64,000 bases of DNA from the NCBI GenBank assembly GCA_965112155.1, contig OZ218107.1; one strand, 5' to 3'. Each line of letters starts with the position of its first letter. Position 1 is the first letter of the stretch. This document shows positions 1-13,099 of the stretch, piece by piece. Both the position numbers and the translations under genes were made by a program. Under the pieces are notes generated by a model, which had not been told where the DNA came from, did no database searches, and was given only the letters and a program-made list of their open reading frames with translations. This stretch comes from Podarcis liolepis (taxonomy: Eukaryota).

Positions 1-1257
1 TGCAAGGTGTCAGAAATTCTGGCAACTAGGCCCACACACCTTATTGTCGGCACCATTGCCAGAGATGGCTACGGAGCAGCACACCAGCTACTAGCTCTAT
101 AGGGGCCATGTGACATTTATTAGCAAGGGCAGGAATGTGGCCTGCTTGCCTGCAATCCTGCAGCAGTTGGGTCAAACTGAGCAGCATAGCAAAGCCCCCC
201 CCCCCATTTGCTACCTGCAATGACTAAAAGGAGTCTCCAAACAGAAGCAGAACACAAAGGTGTCATCAGCAGCAAAAGACATCACCTATGATCGCTCATG
301 ACACCAACCTGGCAACAGAAGGAATCAGGAAGCACACTTCTGTCTGTTCTGCTACGTTCCTTTATTTTGGCTTTCATTTTTATCGTTAGATTTTGTAACT
401 GTGAGATAACACTAGTGTTTCCAGTATGAAAACATTTTATTAGAAAATCTAGAGTGTGGTTGATCCTAGCATGTCTTGAAGTTATCACCAGCTGATTTGT
501 GTTGACTTTTAAGCCCTATCAGCAGTCTGACATATCCTTAAAGAAATGAATGAGATGCTAAAACTACTGAAAGCCTAGACTAGATGGGGTCAATTCTCTC
601 CCCAGCAACTTCTCAAAATAGGATGTGGAAAATAACTCAGCATTTTGTCAGTACCATAAATTTCACTTTGTGTATGTATGGCTACAACATTTCAAGAGCA
701 CTGGAGTAAGTTTTTATACTGCTTTTATACTGCTTCTGTTCATTCCTGCATGTTAAACCCCCTCCCCCAACTTTACATAACACTACAGGGGTTCATTGTA
801 CTCCAGAAGTAAATTTTACCTTAGTGGCTTTATCTTGATATAGGAAGTAACACTTTCATAGTGCAATCTTGCAACACTGATTTCTTATTTACAGTGTTCT
901 TTTGGGGGGAAATGCTTACTAGATGAGGTACATTGGACCCCTTCCATTATTTACCACAAGCATTTCATGTCGACATTTTTTCATTTGTTTGCTTTCCCTT
1001 CTATTTTCTCCTCCAGGGCTTGCTGATAGCCAAATAAGGTTTGCCTAATTGGTGGGATGTATATTTTCCCCAATCACAGTTCTGTTTGCCCCTAACAAAA
1101 CAACCAGATAGCCAGCTGTACACAGCTAGAGACTCAAGAGTTGCTCAGCACACACTGGTTATTCAGCTAGACACAAAGAAATGGACAGATGTCCTATCTG
1201 CTACAGAAATGATAACAAATCATGGCAGCAATGCCATCATTGAAAGCTTTTAGTAGT

Positions 1258-1734
1258 TACCCTGTTTCCCCCAAAATAAGACAGTGTCTTATATTAATTT
1301 TTGCTCCCAAAGATGCGCTAGGTCTTATTTTCAGGGGATGCCTTATTTTTCCATGAAGAAGAATACGGTACACATTTATTGTCTAATTGTGAGTCAGCCA
1401 GACTCCGTCAGGGCAAAGCGAGCAGCAGGCGGCAGCTTGTCCTGGTGGTGGCGCGGGCTCTCTGATTTAAAGAGACCTCGCACTGCCTGAACAGCTCCAG
1501 CTGTGCTGCGGCCAATCAGTGAGCTGCGTAGCAGCGCCCGCTGCTACGGTCCAGAGGAGTCAGACGCCTTACAGTACCTTCAGGGGCCTTATATTCCAGG
1601 GAGGCCCTATGCTCAGGGGAGGCCTTATTATCGGGGAGGTCTTATTTGGGGGGGTGCCTTATATTACAGCGAGAGGCAAAACTGGAAGTAGGCCTTATTT
1701 TTGGGGAATGTCTTACTTTTGGGGAAAGATGGTA
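1258..1734. mobile_element. Non-autonomous Tc1/mariner-superfamily (Tc2/pogo-like) MITE
   Basis: Terminal inverted repeats TA-CCCTGTTTCCCCCAAAATAAGAC ... GTCTTACTTTTGGGGAAAGATGG-TA, TA target duplication, internal GGCCTTAT-containing subterminal repeats at 1585-1670. Confidence 0.75.
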
Positions 1735-2048
1735 GCTGTAGAATATATGTGTCCTCAGCATTATATTGTAGAATGATGGAATTCTGAAAGTGCTTTTCTT
1801 TTACTTTTCAAGTGGTCAACTGTCATTTGAAAAATGTCTATCTATACATAAATGTAATTTATGTTTTTAAATGTGGAGTCTGATTAATCCAAATGTTTTC
1901 ATTAAAAAGATTAAAGTAAAATTAAGTTTTTGCTTCAGTGTTAAAATATATTTTTGGAATGCAATAGTAATAAAATTTGCTTTATGCTAAACTGGAGTTA
2001 TTCTGAAATCAGTTATATCTTTACTTCCAGCTCAGAGGTCAATTAGAC

Positions 2049-2120
2049 CAGTGTTTCCCTACCTTGGGTCCCCAGCTGTTTTGGGACTACAACTCCCATC
2101 ATCCCTAGCTAGCAAGATCC
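2049..2120. mobile_element. hAT-like MITE fragment (GGACTACAACTCCCATCATCC family)
   Basis: CAGTGTTTCCC start and GGACTACAACTCCCATCATCCC core; related degenerate copies near 5480-5590, 24325-24450 and 58090-58190. Confidence 0.5.
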
Positions 2121-2790
2121 TAAACTTTGCCAAACCCCTTTTTGGTCCAGTCTTGATGTAAGAAGATGAACAAAGCCATTACATTCAGAAGAGAACAATT
2201 ATAATATCAATTATTTAATTTCTATACCACTTAATATATTAAAAATATCTCTGTGGTGTACACAAAACTGGAGCAACAACAGGAAGTTAAACAAAATATT
2301 ACAAAATGCACAGTTACATATAAAAATGTTACATTGATACGAAGTTACTAATGTAGATATAAATCAATATTCGTTCATTTTCCTTCTGGCACACCCTCCC
2401 TCTCAGCCTCAGGGAGGGTCCAACAAACTCAGGGGGTTTCCCAGAGGGTCCAAAGGATGGGAAAAGGACCCCCCTCCACTCACAGCTCTTTCTTCATCCT
2501 CTGTCCTCTCCTCCTCCAGCTGAGGCATTTCAATTCCAAGTATTACAGTATTTCAGTTTAGCAATTTGCAGGTAGCTTGAAGAAACTACGGTAAACAGCA
2601 GCTTCTTTTAAGGGAGAGAGGAATGTGATGAAACACCCAATCCACAGCAATTTAATGATGCCCCTTATTTCAGAAAGCCCTATCTCCTTTTTAAATTCTT
2701 GGAACAAGCAGTGAAGTTCCATGATGTCCCTTCTTTCTTACGTGGCAATCTAACAATGGTTATCAATATAAAATTTCTACAGATTTCAAA

Positions 2791-3474
2791 TACCGTATTT
2801 TCGCTCCATAAGACGCACCTGACCATAAGACACACCTAGTTTTTAGAGGAAAACAAGAAAAAATATATTCTGAACGAAATAGTGGATGTATGATTTTTGT
2901 TGTTCATGCTGTGGCCACACACATGCTTTGTGATCTGATGGTGAATTTGGGGTGACCCAATGCAAAAATCCTGAGGATCCATGTGCTTTTACATCCCCCT
3001 TCTCAGGCAGCCTCCTTTATCTCTAGAGTCCCTTATCTCCTTCCCCAATCGCTTGCCGATCAGCTGCTCAGCAGCTTCCTTTCAACAGCCCCTTCCCTCT
3101 TATTTGCCTTCGTGTCTTTTCCTTAGCTGGAACAGTTTTTTTGCTCCTCCTTTTCTTCTAATTTCTTTCCTCATTGCTTGTTTTCCTGTCTCCTCTCCTT
3201 GCAAGTTCGCTGTCTTTACCTCCCCCCTCCCAGGCAGCCTCCTTTATCGCTAGAGTCCCTTATCTCTCTCTGATCGCTTGCCAATCAGCTGCTCAGCGGC
3301 TTTGTTTCAACACCCCCTTCCCTCTTTCTTAAAAAAAAAAAGCAGCACAATCTGCTTTTTGCTCCTGGGCAGTCCGGCTCCACGAATCATGCATTTGCTC
3401 CATAAGATGCACAGACATTTCCCCTTACTTTTTAGGAGGAAAAAAGTGTGTCTTATGGAGTGAAAAATATGGTA
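2791..3474. mobile_element. Non-autonomous Tc2/pogo-like DNA transposon
   Basis: TIRs TA-CCGTATTTTCGCTCCATAAGACGCAC ... GTGTGTCTTATGGAGTGAAAAATATGG-TA; internal ~95 bp direct duplication (about 3004-3100 and 3231-3325). Confidence 0.8.
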
Positions 3475-6400
3475 CATATAAACAAATACTGAGATTTCCT
3501 TATCCCATTTCAGTAAGCTTGGGTGAATGTGAGCAAATAGGAGTTCATGATTTGTACTGTATTTATTAATCAGAGTAAAGGAAGCAGCAATAATGTTGAA
3601 CTTGAAGAAGAATAAAAAATGGAAGGCTTTGGCATCTACCATATAATTAATAGGCTCTGTTTTCAGGCTGCAAAATTCCATGTGTGAGGAACTTCTAGCT
3701 AACCCAAAGGTTTCTATGTGCACTGTATAACAAGAAAATCTAGATTAAAATCCTGTAATTTGATAACAGACTTCACATTGAAGGAGCTAAGCCATAATTA
3801 AAAGTATAATTAATTGTCCTGAGAAGAACAGCTTCTAAAAGAATTTCAAGCAACAAAGAAGAGCCAGTAAAATTAAATAGATCCTTATTATAAAAGTAAT
3901 CATTAAAATATTTGGAGGGCATTTCTAATCATATTCTACAGGATAGTTTCCCACTAAACCTGCATTTGCCTTAAGCAAGGTCAAACATTATTCCTCTATA
4001 ACAACAGCAACAAGGTGGGAGGCTGTAGGCAATACACCACCATCTTCTGGACACTGAATACGTTTGCAGGAAAGACAAACCTGATGCTCTTTGGACTTAA
4101 TGCTGATTGTACCAAAGTATCTCCCCCTCACCCCCCCAAAAAAGAAGAGTTAACTGGAAGAGAAAATGTACTAAAATAAGTTCAATATTTATTTGGAGCT
4201 TCCAAAATTGTTAGTAATGTGGTGTCATTAATATACTGATAATTGTTTTCTGCAGATTCAATTAATGCCCGTGCTGCCCTTGAAAAGTGTTCAGAACTTC
4301 TGTCATGGAAGCTCAGCTGCTGAGACACACAAGGCAACAAGGAAACATCCGCTTGGTTTTGTGACAGTTGTTCTGACCACCTGTTTGCTGGGTCTAATTC
4401 AAGGTGCTGGCATTCTGCTAATATGAAGTGCCCTTCTTCATATATTGTCCCTACAACTCACCCTTCAATACCTGCCCCAAAGGCCCTACTTGAAATTTAT
4501 TTCATCAAGCTACCTAAAATTTGCACGCATGCAGCGGAGCTCTGAGCATCATAGGACACAACAACAGGACATCCTAACAAATGTTAGGATGAAAAAAACT
4601 TTCTATTGTGCTCAATTTTCAGTTGAATTTGAAAGTGTGAAGACTAGTGTATCAACCTAGCCCTTTATTCCTTCATCAGACCACACACATCGCTTTCTAC
4701 CTTACTTTCTGGCAGTGACTGTCTAGCCGATATTATGCTTCTTTGTTTAGCAGGAGTGCTTATTGCCCAAAGTTATTCAGCTACATTTAGCTATTACTTT
4801 ATGAATTATTTACGTCAAAAAATTATAAAGAATACAATACTATAAAGTGCAATACTTCTTCACTTTAAATAGTGTGTTTTGGACTATGCAACCAAGGCAG
4901 CAAATGATTTCTTCAAATAACCTTCATAGCAAAGTGGCTGTTTCCATGGAAATGGCAGAGCAACCATCCATTACTGCTGCCAAGATTTCCCCTTATTCTT
5001 CTATACACAGGTAGATGCTCATTTACAGCTTTCTAATGAAACCACACACAAACACACAGGACTAATATATAGCAGCATCCTCAGATGGTTACACAAGTAG
5101 TATTTACACGCACAGAGAGAATAAATACAGCTTGCCATTCTGCAAGCACAAGTTCCTGGCTGTCACTGGTGATTCTCCCTCCCCCATCAGAGGGTTGTAA
5201 GGTACATGAAAGGCCAGGTTCCAACCATGTATGTCTGATCTCAATTTAAGACTTATGCTCTTGGGTGCTACTACAAATCTACTCTCCTGAAGTCCAGGTC
5301 TAGAAGTGTATGGATCTCCAAAGACCAACATTTCAAATGTTAGCTTTCTAGCTGTTGTGGAAGGAGCTTTACTATTTTTATATTATTGCCAGAAACACCC
5401 AAGTCGTTTGCACACATACATCCACACACGAAGAATATACTGGATCTTGTATTGAGTACACTTTGGTCCAAATGGAATTATGTGTAGCTAGACTACAATT
5501 CCTATCATTCCCAACCACTGGCCATATTGACTGGGGCTGATGGGAAATGGGAATCCAAAAACTTCTGTAGGGTCACAGCTCAGCCACCCCTAACATACAC
5601 AGAAAGCAAATATGCAATTAAGTAATTGTCAGTTTCTATACATTTTATACAGCACCATCAATTGTACTATATTCTTTAACAGAGGGGCATAAGGAACATC
5701 AAAAACCATTACAGTTTTTAATTACACAGTTTATGCCAAGGATGGAAAGTGAACTAGCAAGCCCTGCCATGGAGCAGTAAAGCATCTGGAGAGGTAGGAT
5801 AGAAAATAGGGTGAAGAAAGGATTGTGAGTGGAGGGGGGCTCTTTTCCCATCCACTGGAACCCCAGGGACACTCAATAAATCTGCTGCACCTGGAATTGA
5901 GTGTAGAGAGTGCAGCTGAATGGGACATAGCCGGGAGCAGCCTGAGGAATTAGCATCCACCTTGGGACTGACCAGAAAAAGCAAGTCTAGAGTAAGAGAC
6001 TAGGTGATGCCCGCTGTTTCCAGTAACTATTTTAGTTGTGAGACTTTTGTGGGTGAGCTGAGAGTTTGGACCCTCAGGTGAGAACCAGGAGGCTGAGAGG
6101 GAGGCTGTGTCAGAAGGAAACTGAACTGAAACTGATATATATATTAGTAACTTTGTATTAATGCAATATTTTTTATGTTACCGTGTATTTTCATAATACT
6201 TTAAATTGTCTGTTGTTCTTCCTTTTTTATCCTTTTTAATTAAATAGACCCTTCCCATCTCTCTTTCCCCGCAACCTTATCCTGCATACATCAACATCTC
6301 ACATCAAATAGAACTAATCTGCAGAAAGGACTTTATGATCTGGAAACAGAGACTATATTTGTACTTTTGTAACCAAATAAAATGTTTAATAAAAATATTT

Positions 6401-6560
6401 TTCTAAAAAATAAAAATTAATGTAATAGAAATTAATTAAAATCAAAACTATTAAGAGCTAATTATTTCAAGAAAACACAGGTTGACAAGAGAGAAGTCTG
6501 AACTGCAAGTAATAAGGTTAGACAGTAGAACAGAATCTCTATGGGTGAATCCCAACTCAC

Positions 6561-6977
6561 CTCCCTTAGCAAATTGTTCTCCTTTTCCTTCTGCTCCAGC
6601 AAGGTTTCCAAGTGGTGCACATGCATTTCTGCCTCGGCCAACCGTCTAGTCCGCTCATGATCCTCCTCTGTTGCTTTTGCTGACAGTCCCTTGCTCTGTA
6701 ACATTTCCAACAACTTTTTGATGGACTCATCACGAGCATTTAAGGTCTGCTTTTGCGTCTCAATGCGCAGCTCCATTTCTTCCAAGGTTTTGCGGAGCAA
6801 GAAAAGTTCCTTGGCCTGGCGCTCATGTTCTGCATGAAGCCGCTGGAAGTTCTCCTCTGTAAGCTCTGTCACAAAGTGCTCACTGGATCGACTGCTGCTG
6901 TCTTGCTGAAAAAGCTGGTTCAGGTCCCTCTGGATCCTAAGCTCATCCTGAAGAGCTTGGATTGTCATCTGCATATG
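6561..6977 (-). CDS. ERC1: ERC1/ELKS coding exon (second coding exon, 417 nt, HMQMTIQALQDELR...NNLLRE), coiled coil
   Basis: Translation recognisable as ELKS/RAB6-interacting/CAST1; acceptor ttcttatttccag|CAT, donor GAG|gtgagt, phase 0-0. Confidence 0.97.
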
Positions 6978-7490
6978 CTGGAAATAAGAAGACCAAATCC
7001 ATGAATTCACTATGTTAAAAATGGAATTGTAAAGAAATGAACAACATGAGGGGCCCAACTCTTTTGCATAGCAAACATATTGCTTCCCCAAACATTGAAA
7101 TATGATGAAAAGACAGGCTAATAAAACAAAGAAAAAAATAAGATTTAAACCCATGTTTTTGTATGAAAGCACCTTTCTAAATCTTCAGCAACCTGAGCAA
7201 TGCATTGGGGAATATTACACTAATCTGCTCCGAGCTTGTGGAATAGAGAAGTCTTAACAGAAAGACATAACAAAAGAAAAGGGGCATTGGGAAGGAGAAG
7301 GTAAGACCACAGGGCCAACACACCAAAAAATAATTCTCCTTGTAGGCCTTTTTTTGCTCCAGAGCAGGAGAAATGGGCAAGCAAGATTGAACACTGCTGT
7401 TCAATCTGCCTGTGATACCTTCAGACAGCTGTATCCAACCATCCACTCTCCCTACTGGATTGCCTTGGAGCCTCATCACAGTACACAAAT

Positions 7491-8049
7491 TGTCAGGGAC
7501 TGGCTGAATGAAGAAGAGTGGTGGTAGGTACCACCTGGGGAACCCCGAAGTGAAACCCAGCTCAGAGCCAGAATATTGGTGGTAGAACACAGAGAAGTCA
7601 GAGGGAGAAGATTGTGGGGAGGTGTCAGATGCTGAAGGGGCAGCAGGGTTTAGTGAGCAAAGAGAGCGGGTAGCAGGGAGCAGTTCAGACTCAAAGGTTG
7701 AAACAGAAGAGGGGGTGGGTCAAGAGCTTGCTGAAGAATCATGGGAGTTTCCCTCTCCTACTGCGCCAAGCTCCCCTCCGATCTCCAAGAAAGCACAGGA
7801 TAATGAGAACAGAACAGTGACTTGATGTGCATAGGCATGGTTTGAGACGGCTTGTGAAACATCTAGGGGTGGAGACTTAGAACTGTGCAGAGGGAGAGAA
7901 AATCCTCAGTCCTGGCAACTGCTCTATGGCGGCAAGAGCTGCTGGGAAGTGTTCTGAGTTGCATACTATTTCCTTGAATAAATACCTAACTTCACTGACA
8001 ACTGCCTCTGTCTCTTCATTCTGACCTGCATCTGACTCCATCCTTGACA
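7491..8049 (+). mobile_element. Probable solo LTR (Gypsy-like)
   Basis: Ends TGTCAGG...CTTGACA (TG..CA inverted termini), ~560 bp, AATAAA at ~7977; target duplication not clean. Confidence 0.55.
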
Positions 8050-8644
8050 TATATTGGGCTTTTAATTAAAAAAAAAAAGGAAGCAGGAGCCCTTGTGCAA
8101 GCCTTACACTGCAATCCTAACAATATCTACTCAGAAGAAAGTCCTAATGAATTTAATAAGGCTTAGGATTGCAGCCTTTCAAAGTAAATATCACCCTTGT
8201 GCAAGACCTCCATATTATTTTCTCAAAAAACAAAATGCATGAAAATGGACACGTTCCACCAAGCTTCACCCATTGGTATAGACAGAAAACAAGCAGCAGA
8301 ACAGCAATGAATACTCATGACTGAAAAAATGGGCTTGTATGGAAGCCAACATGTCAAAAGCGTACCTGGAAAGCTGGTTAAGCAGGAGCAGCCATTTTTT
8401 TCCTTTTTTTAATAGCATTTGGGGTAGAAGAGGAAGGGTGACGCCTAAAGCATACTACAATGAAGTAGAAACACTAAAAAGTCTTCAGTTTCTTTTAAAA
8501 ATATCTAGTTAATCTGCTCTTAAAAACAGTTTGCATTCTCAAAAAATAGAATCTGCTTAATGCACATTGGAAGCAAAGACCTGTCTGTCCAAAGGGATTC
8601 CCTGCTGACAATCTGTTTCCACCCACTCAGAAAAGCTAGCAAAG

Positions 8645-8894
8645 GAGAGCCAGTGTGGTGTAGTGGTTAAGAGCGGTAGTCACGTAATCTGGGGAACCGG
8701 GTTCGCGTCTCCGCTCCTCCACATGCAGCTGCTGGGTGTCCTTGGGCCAGTCACACTTCTGTGAAGTCTCTCAGCCCCACTCACCTCACAGAGTGTTTGT
8801 TGTGGGGGAGGAAGGGAAAGGAGAATGTTAGCCGCTTTGAGACTCCTGAAGGGGAGTGAAAGGCGGGATATCAAATCCAAACTCTTCTTCTTCT
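8645..8894 (+). mobile_element. Squam3-type tRNA-derived SINE, full length
   Basis: GAGAGCCAGTGTGGTGTAGTGGTTAAGAGC head with A/B-box-like motifs (GGTTCGCGTCTCC), (CTT)n tail; near-identical to 32366-32618. Confidence 0.85.
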
Positions 8895-10379
8895 AATGTC
8901 AGGTGTCCAACAGGACCTTGCTGATGTAGAACGTGCCAACTCCAACACATATTGCCATTCTAACTTTATAATTGCTCTGGGACATCAGACCTGTTATTTG
9001 TATGGAAATACAAGAGCTATTTCTGTAGTGTTTGAAAGCTTCATTTAGAAGCAAAGCTATGATTTTAATAGGATTTAATCTATCTGGCAATCCCACAAAT
9101 CAACTTACATTTAAAGAAGTTCTTGTGCTGAATTATCTCAAAGGCAGCAGAAAAGGAAAGGGATTAAAAATTCTGCACATAAGTAGCCTGCTACTAGTAC
9201 ATTTGTCGATTCTGTAAGGCTCAGGAAAATGACTCAATTTGGTTTAAGGTCATACACGTCAGTGCATGAATAGAAAATACAATCACTATACATCCCACAG
9301 AGTGTAACTACAGGATGCAGGAAAGAGGAAGCAAAGGCAACTTGTTCTATTTATTTCTATTTTATTTACTAAATTTGTATACTGCCCTTCATGTGAAGAT
9401 TACAGGGTGGTTCGCAACATAAAACTACAAATGCCCCAGTGAGCAGACCTGCCACCAAATTTGGACCAGCTGAAGTTTCCAAACTGTCTTCAGAGGAACA
9501 ACCCTACCTTGAACCACTGTGATTGGGCACATCCCACACCTTTCAGTTTAAAAACAACAAAGTCCCTGTATTGAAAAACACATAAGTTAAAGCAGGTTCT
9601 CACAGCCAAGATAGTCACTGGCCTCCTCAGCAGCCTCAGCCTTTGCAGCTACAGTCAGTCAGGACCCTGTCCTCCTAGGTCAGGTGGAAAAGGCCTGCAA
9701 AGCAGGAAGCAGGTCCCCCATATTTGCATAACCCTATTCCTGTGAATAATTTGTTTTAATTGTTTTTAATTCTGAATTTTAAATTGATGCAACCTGCTTG
9801 GGGACCTGCTGGTGAAGGGTGGGTAATAAATTTAATAAATATTAATACCATCTATGAACATGCTTAACTCTATAATATGTGGGTTTTAAAAAGACATTTT
9901 TGTATTTTTTTAGCTGAGAACTATATTGCAAAAATCAGGTAAGTACAAAAATTTCCCCAATAACTATTAGGAAAATGGTTGGAATTGTCTTCCCAAAGAG
10001 ATAAATAAAAATGTACAAACTTATATCCTTTCATAGGGCATTCATATGAAATGAAATGAACAGAAATTGTTTTAAATGTATCTACTAGGCAATGGTCCAA
10101 CGTGTGTGTTGGTGCTGTGGATAACTGATGTTAAAGCAAAAGAAATTGCTTACAAAATAATGTATTTTTGGTATTATATTCCTTACAATTTGAGAAGGAT
10201 GTATATAGTTCATGAGGTTCAAAATGTTGACAGAGTGATAATCTGATTTATCAACTTTACTTGGGGCCAAGTCCACCAAATGTGCTTAAAATAATTGCTG
10301 CTTAAATGATTGCATCAAGTGGACTGGCTCTGGAAGATATGATTCTTTGAGCCCAATGTATCTGTGAAACTTTTGTAAG

Positions 10380-10700
10380 ATGAAGGACCCTGCTGGATCA
10401 AGCCAAAGGTGCAACTGGTCCAGCATCCTAGTTTCACCAGAGGCCTGTAGGAAGCCTGCAAGCTGGAGATGAGCGCAACAGCACTCTGCCCATCTGCAAT
10501 TCCCAGCAACTGGTATTCAGAAGCATTACTGCCAAGGCTGTTCTTCATGAATTTGTCTAATCCTCTTTTAAAGCCATCCAGGTTGGTGGCTATCGCTTCC
10601 TTCTACAGGAGCGAATTCCAAAGTTTAACTATGCACTGTATGAAGAAGTATTTTCTTTTATCTATCCTGAATCTCCCCCAACATTCAGCTCCAGTCAATG
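10380..10700 (-). mobile_element. CR1 LINE 3' fragment
   Basis: Matches the second copy at ~31000-31300 (ttttaaagccatccaggttggtggc..., gaagtattttcttt...ctgaatct) and resembles reptilian CR1 3' ends. Confidence 0.6.
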
Positions 10701-12267
10701 TCCACAAGTTCTGACCATGCCTTTGTACAACGTATGATTTCTTGTCATATTGAGAATGCCTGATGTCCAAAGTCACCAAATATTTACTTCTGGTTCATTT
10801 ACTTGCCTGGAAAACAGGCTTTAACTTTGTTTGATAAGATGTCATCAATTCAGTTTTAAGGGACTGAGAGAAGACTTTAAAACATTTATATTGTAGTACA
10901 TTTATATTTCATTTTAAAATGAAGGCTAGTTTGAAAGATAATATAATTGATGTTTTAAAAATCCAAAACAAAACGTTAAAAATCATATTTTTAAATCTAT
11001 TTTTATCCAGGCTAGTCTCTATAAAGGAAAGTGATGGCAAACAACAGTTCAATGACAAACATGGAACTTTGACAAAATGCTAATCAGCAGTATCTGAGGA
11101 GGGAAATCTATGACTGAGTACACCTGAGGAGATTACCAATATGCCAACATATGGACACTTTGTAGCATTATGTTGACAAGACCGTCTGCTGGTACAGATG
11201 CCAGATGAAGACACAGCATGGAACTTGTCAAATCACCACTGATAAGCCGGGGGAGGGGGATGCCTTACATATTAAATTAAGTGTAATCAGATGTTCATGA
11301 TCTGAAGACTAATCAGAGTCATAAAAGATTGAAAGACTTCGTATCTAACAAATCCCTTTTACTTGCATTATTACTTTAAAAAATTGTAGGCTATTCCTTT
11401 CAAAAGATTGAAGGAGGACAGCACTGCTGGGGTGGGGGGAGAGATAACAACTTGGTCCTTGCATCAAAAAGAACACAAATAAATCGATAAATCGGTAGCA
11501 TTTCTAGTCCAGTATTGACCACCTGGTCCACAATTACACAGAAAAATAAGAATGGTGCTTAGAAATAGTAAGAATAACAAACAAATATTAAATGAATTAA
11601 GGAAACAGAAGTAATTTGCTAAATGACAACTATGTTAGCCTGCTGTTGTAGTAGGTTTTTACACTTTAGAAACAAGAAAATGTAGTCCACAAGAGCTACC
11701 AAGGATGCCACAGATTCTGTCCTTCCTTGTTCTGGTCAGCATCCCGTTTGTCTTCTCTGGCTCAAGTGAATGAGCCTCATGGCAGGTGATGAGATCAAGT
11801 TCTAAAGATACTGATGGGGGAACTCTGAAGGAGTGTTTGGGGGTGGAACAAATTATCTTATCTTTTCTAAATATAAGGTAGCTGGGATTCCAGACTAAAA
11901 CCAAAAGGGACAGAGAGGGCATGCAAGGCTGAGGTGGATTTGTATTTCCCCCCCTCCTTTAATCTCCAAGCTTTCCAGCCACTGCTGAAGTCTGAACACT
12001 TCAACTTCTAACGTTTCAAACTGCTAGCTTGAAGTGTGAGAGACTAAATACTGATAAAAGAATAAATGAGAACTGTGAGGAAAACAAATGTAATGGTCTG
12101 TTGAAATATTCTGTTACAAAGATGGGAAAAATTCACTTGAAAAATGTATGCTTGTATCAAGAGATATTTTCTTATTTTAACACCTTTTATAATTTTATAA
12201 TGTTATAAAATTCCTGCATCTAACTTCTACGGCTAAATGCCCTACTTTTCATCCTCTACTATAATAC

Positions 12268-12879
12268 TGTTACAGATCTGTGGTAACATAGGGCACCTAT
12301 AACTGCTAGAGTTAATAAATGTTATAAAGTAATGAAAGGGTAGGATGTAGCCGTTTTTTGGACTACTGAAGGGAAGATGCCAGGCTAGTGGAATAATACA
12401 GGCTAAGCTTCCTTTCTAGGCCAGGGCCTCACCTGGGATAGAAGCCGTTAAGCATGATGAAAGGTGTTGGTGGCTCATCACATGGAAATCCTTGAGTCTG
12501 TGCCAACGGAGGTTGCCAAGGTTATGCTGAGCAATGCCGTAGGTTACAGGAAAATTATCACCTCTTAAAAGTAGGCTTGGAATAGCAAGGAGAAGGTGGG
12601 TGAGCAGACAGAAGGGGAAGAGATGCTTGGCAAAGGGTTTTCTGGGAAGGAGAAGCAGGAAGTGAGGAAGGCTCCATGTGGGGGGCTGAAGGGCAGATGC
12701 CATGCAATGCTGGCTGCAGAGGCTGCACTGAGAGGCTGGGGGCCATGACCGACTGCTGCTTTGGATCCAAGCTCACTGACGTTATGAGAGGACCAAAGAG
12801 GGACATTATTTGGGTGTAATGTTTTGGAATCTTGCTACTGCTCAGCAGAGATTGTGTGTAGCGCACAATCCTTGTAACA
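12268..12879 (+). mobile_element. Probable solo LTR
   Basis: Perfect 7-bp inverted termini TGTTACA...TGTAACA, ~610 bp, flanks ATAC/ATAT resemble a 4-bp target duplication. Confidence 0.5.
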
Positions 12880-12882
12880 ATA

Positions 12883-13099
12883 TACAGTGGACGCTCAGGT
12901 TGCGAACATGATCCGTGCGGGAGGCACGTTCGCAACCCACAGCGCGGTGTCTGCGCACGTGCGGGTTGCGATTTAGTGCTTCTGCACATGCATGACCGCC
13001 GAAACCTGGAAGTATCCCGTTCTGGTACTTCTGGGTTTCGGCACGTCTGTAACCTGAAAAAATGCAACCTGAAGTGTCTGTAACCCGAGGTATGACTGT
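12883..13099. mobile_element. Tigger/mariner-like MITE
   Basis: TA-CAGTGGACGCTCAGGTTGCG ... TAACCCGAGGTATGACTG termini; 3' end shared with the 40295-40524 element (ctgtaacctgaa...taaccc[g/a]aggta). Confidence 0.7.

Noticed and set aside
6978-7172. Hydrophobic N-terminal extension of the 236-aa ORF (signal-peptide-like)
   Set aside because: Intronic T-rich sequence upstream of the true acceptor, with no real ATG start
8645-8720. tRNA-like sequence
   Set aside because: It is the head of a SINE with body and tail, not a complete cloverleaf; the same applies at 32366
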